This document shows, piece after piece, positions 1-7,980 of a DNA stretch of 64,000 bases (its first letter is position 1; the number at the start of each line of letters is the position of its first letter). A model generated the notes under the pieces. It made no database searches. It saw only the letters and a program-made list of their open reading frames with translations, and was not told the origin of the DNA. The stretch covers positions 77,866 through 141,865 of the forward strand of contig JBOEGD010000004.1 of NCBI GenBank assembly GCA_050633245.1, in the 5' to 3' direction. The stretch is from Calditrichia bacterium. Lineage in GTDB: Bacteria > Calditrichota > Calditrichia > RBG-13-44-9 > J075. The translations under genes were made by a program, and so were the position numbers.

Positions 1-35
1 AATGTTCAATGTTCAATGTTCATAATTCATAATTA
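1..35. repeat. 7-bp tandem repeat (AATGTTC)x3 followed by (ATAATTC/A)x2, truncated by the window edge
   Basis: Read directly: aatgttc aatgttc aatgttc ataattc ataatta. The reverse-complement unit recurs at 44594-44619. Confidence 0.85.
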
Positions 36-53
36 ATCAACTGATAGATTGTC

Positions 54-878
54 GTGTCTGCTCACCCACTTCGAAAAAATAACGCTATCGATCCTTTTCT
101 GGAACTCCAGAGCAGTGCTAAGAGAATCTTGCCTGAAGCGCATAAGGAGTTTGACGGTCCTTTTTTTCAGGATATCTCTTACTATATTTCCAAAAAGCTT
201 CCCAATCAATTAACACAAAGTGAATTGATTTCTATTTTACAGGAGGCTCTGGTTCGCCTGTCCGAAAAGCTGAACGAGTCAGAGGAACAGGTGCTAAAGC
301 CAGTAGCATACTACCGAACGATTGTCCGCAATCTTGTTAATGATCTTTATCGAGACCTTCTTCGAGACGAACGATTTCTTATTTCAACCCCAGCCGTTTT
401 GGAGCTTAAGGAATCCGGGGTTCCCAAAGAGCTTGTCAGAGAACTGGAAAAAGAGATATCCCCCAAACTATTGGCTTTACGCACGCTTCAGGATAAATTA
501 AAAACAATTTTTGAAGCGCTTGACTATAATGAACAGACGCGTCGCTATTTTCAAGGATTTGCCAGGCGATGCTTTCAGCAAAAGGGCCAAATACAAATGA
601 AGCCGGAATGGCTGGCGAATGTTCCCGATGATGTTCCTGCAGAAGATGCGATATCTTTACCACTTAATTCCTGTATTGAAGAGTTGGATAGTGTGGATAG
701 GGATTTGATTCGGCTACGCTTCGGGATCTTTTCTGGAATGGATGGTTTTCAATTTAGCTTTGAAGAACTAAAAGATATATTTGACTACTCATCTGTGCGG
801 AAAATACAAAATCGTTACTATTATTTATTGAAGCAATTGCGTCAATGTTTAGAGGTTAAAGGTTATCCATTTGGATAG
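54..878 (+). CDS. Atypical ECF-type (sigma-70 family) RNA polymerase sigma factor
   Basis: Region-2-like ILQEALVRL...YYRTIVRNLVNDLYR and region-4-like LNSCIEELDSVDRDLIRLRFG...SFEEL...LKQLRQCL. GTG start, 9 bp upstream of a zinc-finger anti-sigma gene. Confidence 0.75.
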   Translation: MSAHPLRKNNAIDPFLELQSSAKRILPEAHKEFDGPFFQDISYYISKKLPNQLTQSELISILQEALVRLSEKLNESEEQVLKPVAYYRTIVRNLVNDLYRDLLRDERFLISTPAVLELKESGVPKELVRELEKEISPKLLALRTLQDKLKTIFEALDYNEQTRRYFQGFARRCFQQKGQIQMKPEWLANVPDDVPAEDAISLPLNSCIEELDSVDRDLIRLRFGIFSGMDGFQFSFEELKDIFDYSSVRKIQNRYYYLLKQLRQCLEVKGYPFG

Positions 879-887
879 AAACGCAAA

Positions 888-1778
888 GTGAAAACCATGA
901 ACGAAATAAAGCAATACAGCTTTCTCGTTGATCAGCAGGGGCACTGTAGTGTCGAAGGCGAGCGTGAGCAGGTTCTGGAACGTTATCTGTTGTCGGCTAT
1001 GTCCGAGGAGGAGTCTTCGGCTTTCGTTGAGCACCTCTTGTTTTGTCAGAAGTGCAGTCGTGAACTAAAATTCCGTGAGCAGCTGCGTCAATCGCTGCGG
1101 AACAAGCCAGTTGATGAACAAATTGCGGCAAGGGCTGAGGCCGTTTTAGAAGCACGAGTGCGGTCAGGCGCTTCTTCTGTAAAATGGTATCGCTATGCTG
1201 CGGTTGCGGCAATTATTTTGTTGATGTCAATTCCAGTCTATCTGTATTCGACTGCAAAAATGCCGCTTACAACATGGGGCGAACTTGCTGTTATTTCTGA
1301 AGAGGATAAAAAACCTGTTCTGCTACAGTCTCTGGATTCTTCAACTTTCGATAACTATAATCAAGCCGTAAATACTCTATATGAAGCGCAGCCAAGAGGG
1401 CGCTGGATTTTTGCTCAACCGCTTGACTCTGCCGGTGTACGTTCTGCCATCTCGTCACTTGAAGACTCTTACCGACAATCTCTTCCCCGAGATGTGCATG
1501 TTGATGTTACAATCTACTTGTTCAAAGCGAACTTGATGCTAAATCATCCTGGAAGGGCTATTGAATGGATGAACAGGGCGGTCGAAACACGGGCAAACCG
1601 TTTGAAAATGGAGCGTTGTTTAGAACTTGTTCAACAGATGCGCCGTTTTACAAAAGGCCCACGCGGTTTAGGTGGTTTGAAAAGTTTCATGAGGAGGCCA
1701 AACAAATATGCTCATTTGGATGTTCGTCTTTCTATGATCGAGAGGGAACTGAAGTATATGATTGACCGACGAGAATAA
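888..1778 (+). CDS. Membrane-anchored zinc-finger (ZAS/zf-HC2) anti-sigma factor with a C-terminal helical/TPR-like extracytoplasmic domain
   Basis: LERYLLSAMSEEESSAFVEHLLFCQKC contains HxxxCxxC, followed by one TM helix (YAAVAAIILLMSIPVYLY). Lies directly downstream of the sigma gene. Confidence 0.8.
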   Translation: MKTMNEIKQYSFLVDQQGHCSVEGEREQVLERYLLSAMSEEESSAFVEHLLFCQKCSRELKFREQLRQSLRNKPVDEQIAARAEAVLEARVRSGASSVKWYRYAAVAAIILLMSIPVYLYSTAKMPLTTWGELAVISEEDKKPVLLQSLDSSTFDNYNQAVNTLYEAQPRGRWIFAQPLDSAGVRSAISSLEDSYRQSLPRDVHVDVTIYLFKANLMLNHPGRAIEWMNRAVETRANRLKMERCLELVQQMRRFTKGPRGLGGLKSFMRRPNKYAHLDVRLSMIERELKYMIDRRE

Positions 1779-4700
1779 AACCTGCCCAGAAAAAAGGATG
1801 CTGGAAATCTTCGGATTGCTGGCAAGCCACTCTCGCTGCCCGCAGCGCCGTCAATTTGTCCCCGCCACTTAGAAGTGCTTCATAAAATGCTTTAAAGAAA
1901 AAGCTTGAGCTGCGATTCTCCGTCTTCCATAGTGCTACCAAAACGTTGCGGGCGCCAGAGTGTAGAAATGCCTGACAAGGCCCTATCAACCCCTCACCGG
2001 CAGACCAATCGCCACGTCCGGATTCACAACCATTGAGAACAACCAGTTCGGCACTCAACTCAAGACTATAGATTTCTCCCGGTAAAATGATGCCGTCGGA
2101 ATTCTTGTCGGGACTTAGAATGAATCCTGAAAGTGCCGGGTTTTGCTCATCATAAAACCCGTGAGTAGAAATATGAATATGGCTAAAGTGATTAAGCTGA
2201 CCGGAGAAGAGCAGAGTTTCATTTGCGGATTCTCTGATCTTAACCTGAACATCTGAGGTAAATAAGTCGGACAGCCAGCTTGGCAAATAGCTTTGGCTCT
2301 TCAGGAAGATATCAGCTATGGTTTCAACCTCGGTAATGCTATAGGGTAATGGTGGAATGGCGGAGGAATTTGTCGAATCTCCGGCAGCCAATAGTTTGGT
2401 GATCCGATGCAGCTTTTGCTGGTTCTCAGATTTTTTTTCAAAGCCTGGTGCTATCCCAAGAAAGCTATTTGTTGCCTTCTTCTCTGATGAACGTTTAGGC
2501 TCTGCGTAGAGAAGGGTTGCAGAATAAGAATAGCTCAAGCTACGCTTATTCGAGAGAAATGGAAGCGAGCTATAGGCCTGTAATCGACCTAAAGTGGGAC
2601 GCTCTGTTAGTAAAGCAGAAAATGGAAAGTCGAAAAAACGCTGGTCAGGTATTATGATCAACTGGCTTTCACCAAGATGCTGCTCGAATGGCCGAAGTAA
2701 TGAATCATATAGTGCAGATGCACTTCTACTGAATTGTTGATAGTCGTCTGTGAATCCACTGATATTATTCTTAAAGGTCGAATAGTGTTTATTGAATACG
2801 CTATCCATTCTTACCGTATTGGCCAACAGACTGTCTTGCGTTAAAGCAAAAATATGTAGTGAGTCTCCGCTTGTAAAAAGCTCGAGAAGGCTACTGCCGC
2901 TGGCGGAGAGTGTGCTTTGCAAAAGGCGAATATCAAGCTTGGCAGAATCTTGTTGAAAAAGCAGACCTGCCGGGATGCTGCTCTCTATGTTCAGTTTCAA
3001 TCTGCGATAACGAGAGGTCAGATTTGTAATACTATCTTCAAGAGCAGTAGCTTTCGTTTGCTGCTCCGTATTACCCATAGCGTCAATAAGCTTGCTTGCT
3101 GTTTCCAATCTCCAGATGCGTTTTTTTAAGCTGACCTCCAGATGCCGTAGCGAATCCGGGATGGCAACATGCTCAATTACTTTCGACTCTCTCTGCAGCC
3201 TTTTCAGCATTGCGGCCTTGCTGTCGTTGGATACCTGAAAGGCGTTATAAAGATTTTCTTCCTGACCAGATGAAGCATGGCGTTTAAGATAGGCATTAAT
3301 CATTAACTCATGAAGCGGCTGAACAAACTTACCTAATGTCCAATGAAAACGATCAGAATGAATGTCTGTGCGCATTCGCTCCATTATCTGTTGCGCCAGC
3401 TCGGCAGTTGCAATTGATTCATCCAGTAGCTTGCTGTTTATCGTTTTGGAAAGCTTAAGCTGAATACCGGCTTTGGCAATTAGATGTCCCAGAGCCTGAC
3501 TGGGAAGGATTATGCTTTCAAGCAGCGGATTGTCGTTTCCTTGCAGACTATCGGGATCATTAAGCGTTACTCTCAGCCCTTCCTGACGATAAAAGAGTGC
3601 AAGAGAATATTCGCCAATGGCTTCGTGAAAGGAAGAGCGAACATCATAGTAATCGCCGAGTGTTCGGGCATACGGCGACAGATGTTCCTTGTAGATTCGG
3701 GCAGCCCTTTCCATATGAAGACGGGCTTTGGTCATTTTGCCTTGCAGCATATAGATGTTGGCCAATGAGTGCTCGGTGCTTCCTATGGCGATATTTTGCT
3801 CCTCAATCTTGTTACGGCGAATGTCCAGCGCTTTCTCCATATACTTTGCTGCCGAATCCGCCATCTCGAGGCTCAGATAAAACTGAGCCTGATTGGTGTA
3901 GTTTTCCGCCAGTCTCATCGTCGACCCGGTGCCTTGTTGAGATAAGCGAATGCGTATTGCCTCACCATTGACCTCAATTGCACGCTGAAAATTATATTTC
4001 ACATAATGAATGGCAGCCAGATTACCCAAATAACGAGCCTCAAAAAATGGGGTTAGTGGCTGTGTCTTACGAAATCGCTCCAGCCAAATAATCGCATCTT
4101 CAAATTCCTGAAAACCGAAGTGGAGTGCCGCTCTTAAATTGTATAGATCTCCCCATAAGACGCTGTCCTGATGTGCCGGATCGACAGAATCTGCGAGTTG
4201 GAGGGCTTTAGTAGTCTGCTCAATGCTTTCTATCGGCAGAGCATGGCTATAGAATGCAACAGCTTTGGCATAGGTTATTTGGGTCTCTAGAAGAGAAGCA
4301 TGCTCCTCAACACGACCAAGAACTTGAAGTGCAGAATCGCAATACACAATACTGGTATCCAGATTGCTTCGGGCAAAGAAAAATCCCTTCACATGTAGCA
4401 GACGGGCTCGCTGTTTGCTAAACTTTTCAGAATGAGGGTCGGCAAGTTGTATGGCCTCTTTCCACATGGACTGAAAGTTCCGAGACTCTTCTTGTTCCAT
4501 CAAAAAACGGCAATGGTTGATGAAGTAGCGTAGTCGCTCACCTCTTGCTCTATGGCTGGCATCTGCTGCTGCACCGCGAGCGGTAGCTATTCGCGCGCTA
4601 TCCAGTAGTGCGGACAGTCCTTCGAACTCTTGGTGATCGAGTTTGCGTTCTATCTCAATCAGCAGATTCTCTTCGCTGGTGGTGAGATTTGAATTCGCCG

Positions 4701-4803
4701 ATAAGGATGTCACGTCCCTTTCTTCGCAATTACATAGCAAAACTGATAGCAGAACGAAATTGGCGAAACGCCGACAGATAGAAAACGTGTTTCTTCTGAG
4801 CAT
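1732..4803 (-). CDS. TPR-CHAT domain caspase-like protease, possibly a lipoprotein/exported
   Basis: TPR repeats (ARYLGNLAAIHY, LAENYTNQAQFY, TEHSLANIYM). CHAT motifs LIIIPD..FPFSAL, HISTHG (catalytic His), VVLNGCESG (catalytic Cys), GARNVLVALW and HPFFWAGFILVG. Start reassigned from 5022 to ATG 4803, which gives the signal-like N-terminus MLRRNTFSICRRFANFVLLSVLLCNC. Confidence 0.9.
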   Translation of the reverse strand: MLRRNTFSICRRFANFVLLSVLLCNCEERDVTSLSANSNLTTSEENLLIEIERKLDHQEFEGLSALLDSARIATARGAAADASHRARGERLRYFINHCRFLMEQEESRNFQSMWKEAIQLADPHSEKFSKQRARLLHVKGFFFARSNLDTSIVYCDSALQVLGRVEEHASLLETQITYAKAVAFYSHALPIESIEQTTKALQLADSVDPAHQDSVLWGDLYNLRAALHFGFQEFEDAIIWLERFRKTQPLTPFFEARYLGNLAAIHYVKYNFQRAIEVNGEAIRIRLSQQGTGSTMRLAENYTNQAQFYLSLEMADSAAKYMEKALDIRRNKIEEQNIAIGSTEHSLANIYMLQGKMTKARLHMERAARIYKEHLSPYARTLGDYYDVRSSFHEAIGEYSLALFYRQEGLRVTLNDPDSLQGNDNPLLESIILPSQALGHLIAKAGIQLKLSKTINSKLLDESIATAELAQQIMERMRTDIHSDRFHWTLGKFVQPLHELMINAYLKRHASSGQEENLYNAFQVSNDSKAAMLKRLQRESKVIEHVAIPDSLRHLEVSLKKRIWRLETASKLIDAMGNTEQQTKATALEDSITNLTSRYRRLKLNIESSIPAGLLFQQDSAKLDIRLLQSTLSASGSSLLELFTSGDSLHIFALTQDSLLANTVRMDSVFNKHYSTFKNNISGFTDDYQQFSRSASALYDSLLRPFEQHLGESQLIIIPDQRFFDFPFSALLTERPTLGRLQAYSSLPFLSNKRSLSYSYSATLLYAEPKRSSEKKATNSFLGIAPGFEKKSENQQKLHRITKLLAAGDSTNSSAIPPLPYSITEVETIADIFLKSQSYLPSWLSDLFTSDVQVKIRESANETLLFSGQLNHFSHIHISTHGFYDEQNPALSGFILSPDKNSDGIILPGEIYSLELSAELVVLNGCESGRGDWSAGEGLIGPCQAFLHSGARNVLVALWKTENRSSSFFFKAFYEALLSGGDKLTALRAARVACQQSEDFQHPFFWAGFILVGQSYTSVPSRS

Positions 4804-4984
4804 AAACAGTGCGGTGTTGAGTGTCTTTTTGCTAATTGATTTGAAGAATAGCACTAAAGAGTAAAAAAAACCTACATCTATTTCAAATCCTGTCCTTTTC
4901 TGCACGTCATATAGAATAACAGCAAATTTAATGATGAGCCGAAAGTTGATCCTGTAACAGAGCATACGCTTTGAATAAGTAACC

Positions 4985-5040
4985 GGCTGTACCCGACCGG
5001 GCTGGCATTGTGCGGATGACATGCCTGGTTGGGGGCGGCT
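4985..5040 (+). other. GC-rich long RNA hairpin in the CHAT / secreted-protein intergenic region
   Basis: 4985-5002 pairs with 5023-5040: 18 positions, 5 G-U pairs on the + strand, 1 mismatch, plus an inner mini-stem. Confidence 0.5.
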
Positions 5041-5112
5041 CTTAGCGGCTTAACCATGAATCTGAACTATTGCCTTATCAGGCTTTCACACACAACCAGG
5101 AGGATCTTAATA

Positions 5113-5226
5113 ATGACGTGTAATAGATTTATAACTGCAAAGTACGTATTGATATTACAAAATTCTGCCTTACGGAGACCGTTAAACAGACGTTGGCAGT
5201 CTGGAAGTTCGTGCCTTTTCAATTAG
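5113..5226 (+). CDS. Possible 37-aa small ORF / leader peptide
   Basis: AGGAGG at 5098-5103, 9 nt before ATG 5113. Peptide MTCNRFITAKYVLILQNSALRRPLNRRWQSGSSCLFN has no recognisable domain. Confidence 0.3.
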   Translation: MTCNRFITAKYVLILQNSALRRPLNRRWQSGSSCLFN

Positions 5227-5269
5227 CTGTTTATTTCGCATATCATTTTTCTATAAAAGGGGAATCACC

Positions 5270-7939
5270 TTGAAAAAATTGACAACCACTCTATTCTGTT
5301 TATCCATTTCTCTGCTTAGTTATACATCTGTATTTGCCCAAACGTCATTGAACTTTGGGCAAACAAATAACAGCGCGATTTCCACTCTTGGGGAAGTAGA
5401 TTCGTATACATTTGATTTCACCGGGACTTTCTCAGAAACCGTTATTATTCGTATGGCTGAGCCAACGTCTACAACTTTCAGTTGTCTGGTAAAGGTGTTT
5501 GGGCCAAATGGTATTGAGCTTGCAAATGTGGCCAATAACCTTAGTGCCGAGGTTATCCTGACAAACTTATCGAACGGTACGTATACGATAACAGCTGAAG
5601 AAAACGGCGGGAATGCCACAGGCCCGTATTCGCTTTTTGTCCAACGCTCAAAAGATGCCGGAAACCCGATAGCTCTGGATTTTGGTGTTAATGGCACTTA
5701 TAGTCTTCCTGGTTACGGTGATGTAGACACCTATACTTTCGATATTACAGAAGGCATCGGACAATCAGTTATCGTTCGTATGTCTGACTTACCAAATACA
5801 TCTTTCTATCCCACCATGCGTATTTTTAGTCCCAGCGGCCAACAGATTGGCTTTGAAGGAACACCAACTTGCGCTGAGTTCACCTTCAACGTTGTTGAAC
5901 TTGGAACGTATACTATTTGGGCCTATGAAGGTGGTGGTGATCAAACCGGTGCTTATGGAATGGTTGTTCAAAAATCATTGAATGCCGGCAGCAGTTCCCC
6001 GCTTGCATTTGGGGATAATAGCAGTAACACGATCGCAGCCTTTGGCCAGGTCGATACCTACACGTTTGATATTACAGAAGGCATCGGACAATCAGTCATT
6101 ATTCGTATGACTGACTTACCAAACACCTCCTTTTATCCTACAATGCACATCTTTAGTCCTGACGGCCAACAAATAGGTTTTGAGGGATCGCCCACTTGTA
6201 GCGAGTTTATATTTACAGTAGTCGATACCGGTCAGTATACCATTTGGTCCTATGAAGGTGGTGGTGACCAAACCGGTGCATATGGAATGGTCGTACAAAA
6301 ATCTCTTAATGCCGGAAATACTGCAGCTGTCGCCTTTGGCGAAAACGGCAGCAGCACCGTTGCGACCTTCGGACAAATTGATTCTTATACGTTCGATATT
6401 ACAGAAGGCGTAGGTCAGTCGGTAATTATTCGCATGTCCGATTTACCAAATACTTCTTTTTATCCCACGATGCGCATTTTTAGCCCCAGCGGCCAACAAA
6501 TATCTTTCTCAGGTGCCCCAACCTGTGCCGAGTTTATTTTCAATGTTGTTGAATTGGGCACCTATACGATCTGGGCTTACGAAGGTGGAGGAGATCAGGT
6601 TGGCGCATATGCTCTGCTTGTGCAAACTTCGTTGAATGCCGGTAGTAGTTCCATGCTTTCTTTTGGAGAGAATAGTAGCCATACCGTAGCTGCTTTTGGT
6701 GAGGTCGATACCTACACCTTTGATGTCTCAGAAGGTATCGGTCAGTCAGTTATTATCCGTATGTCAGACTTACCCAATACGTCTTTTTATCCAACAATGC
6801 GCATCTTCAGTCCAAATGGACAGCAAATTGACTTCTCAGGTGCACCGACCTGTGCCGAGTTTATTTTTACGGTTGTCGATACCGGTCAATATACAATCTG
6901 GGCTTATGAAGGAGGTGGCGATCAGACTGGCGCATATGGAATGCTTGTGCAAACGTCGTTGAACGCCGGAAATACAACTTCTGCAGCCTTTGGAAATAAT
7001 AGCAGTAGCACGATTGCGACCTTTGGTCAAGTCGATAGCTATACCTTTGATATTCTGGATGGTGTTGGACAATCGGCAATTATTCGAATGTCAGACTTGC
7101 CAAATACTTCGTTCTATCCGAATTTTCGAATTTTCAATCCGAACGGGCAGCAAATTGGTTTCGTAGGTTCGCCGATTTGTGCTGAGTTTGTTTTTAATGT
7201 CGTAGAGCTTGGTACGTATACAATCTGGGCTTATGAAAGTGGTGGAGACCAAACGGGTGCTTATGGCATGGTGGTTCAAAAATCCTATCAGCCGGGTGAG
7301 GCTATAGAAATTTTTCAAGGAACAATGATTACCGAAACGATTGCGACCTTTGGGCAGCTGAAAACATTTGACTTTTATTTCCCGGGGCCGGTAGGGGGAA
7401 CTGTTGATCTTCAGATGATGGAAATTCAGTCCAGCTCATTTGCCTCACAGCTGACCTTATTTGCACCAGATGGTCAGCAGCTTGCTGACGTTGTTGGAGT
7501 GACAATTGCAGACATCGTTGCCGTCTTGCCTGATACCGGACGATATGCCGTTTGGGCACGTGAGTCTGGAGGAGATGTTACAGGGGTATTCGAGTTGTCG
7601 CTCGATTTACCTCTGGGAATCGGAGATGATGTTGAAGAGCCTGTTCAGGCATTACCAACAGAGTTTGCTCTTCGTCAGAACTATCCGAATCCGTTTAATC
7701 CGACAACGAGTATTGCCTTTGCGCTACCGCGATCCGAAGCGGTTAACATAAGCGTTCTAAATATTAATGGCCAGTTGGTGCGCACCTTAATTTCAAATGT
7801 GAACTTTGTAGCCGGAGAGCATGTCATTGAATGGGATGCACGAGACGACAGGGGAGGGGCTGTTTCCAGTGGCGTCTATTTTTATCGTATCCACACAGCA
7901 GACTTTTCATCCGTCCGCCGTATGATATTACTTCGCTAG
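5270..7939 (+). CDS. Secreted protein with seven ~109-aa PPC-like beta-sandwich repeats and a C-terminal FlgD-Ig/T9SS-type sorting domain
   Basis: TTG start after AAGGGGAA. Signal peptide ends VFA-Q. Repeats follow the pattern G(Q/E/D)VD(T/S)YTFD...IFSP.GQQI...G.YTIW..EGGGDQTGAY. C-terminus LRQNYPNPFNPTT...WDARDDRGGAVSSGVYFYRI...RRMILLR. Confidence 0.9.
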   Translation: MKKLTTTLFCLSISLLSYTSVFAQTSLNFGQTNNSAISTLGEVDSYTFDFTGTFSETVIIRMAEPTSTTFSCLVKVFGPNGIELANVANNLSAEVILTNLSNGTYTITAEENGGNATGPYSLFVQRSKDAGNPIALDFGVNGTYSLPGYGDVDTYTFDITEGIGQSVIVRMSDLPNTSFYPTMRIFSPSGQQIGFEGTPTCAEFTFNVVELGTYTIWAYEGGGDQTGAYGMVVQKSLNAGSSSPLAFGDNSSNTIAAFGQVDTYTFDITEGIGQSVIIRMTDLPNTSFYPTMHIFSPDGQQIGFEGSPTCSEFIFTVVDTGQYTIWSYEGGGDQTGAYGMVVQKSLNAGNTAAVAFGENGSSTVATFGQIDSYTFDITEGVGQSVIIRMSDLPNTSFYPTMRIFSPSGQQISFSGAPTCAEFIFNVVELGTYTIWAYEGGGDQVGAYALLVQTSLNAGSSSMLSFGENSSHTVAAFGEVDTYTFDVSEGIGQSVIIRMSDLPNTSFYPTMRIFSPNGQQIDFSGAPTCAEFIFTVVDTGQYTIWAYEGGGDQTGAYGMLVQTSLNAGNTTSAAFGNNSSSTIATFGQVDSYTFDILDGVGQSAIIRMSDLPNTSFYPNFRIFNPNGQQIGFVGSPICAEFVFNVVELGTYTIWAYESGGDQTGAYGMVVQKSYQPGEAIEIFQGTMITETIATFGQLKTFDFYFPGPVGGTVDLQMMEIQSSSFASQLTLFAPDGQQLADVVGVTIADIVAVLPDTGRYAVWARESGGDVTGVFELSLDLPLGIGDDVEEPVQALPTEFALRQNYPNPFNPTTSIAFALPRSEAVNISVLNINGQLVRTLISNVNFVAGEHVIEWDARDDRGGAVSSGVYFYRIHTADFSSVRRMILLR
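5660..7290 (+). repeat. Intragenic tandem repeat, 327-bp period, five highly similar copies (plus two divergent flanking copies)
   Basis: The equivalent GAT (Asp) codon of YTFD falls at 5741, 6068, 6395, 6722 and 7049, exactly 327 bp apart. Confidence 0.9.
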
Positions 7940-7980
7940 TAAACAAACGATCTCAAGAGTCTCGTAAAAGTGACAGTCCG

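Noticed and set aside
4804-5022. 73-aa N-terminal extension of the CHAT ORF
   Set aside because: ATG 4803 exposes a signal/lipoprotein-like N-terminus, and the extension runs through AT-rich intergenic sequence and the hairpin.
5660-7290. Regular repeats as a possible CRISPR array or DGR template/variable pair
   Set aside because: The period is 327 bp, in frame and protein-coding, with mostly synonymous divergence. There are no unique spacers, no adenine-specific pattern, and no RT or cas gene.
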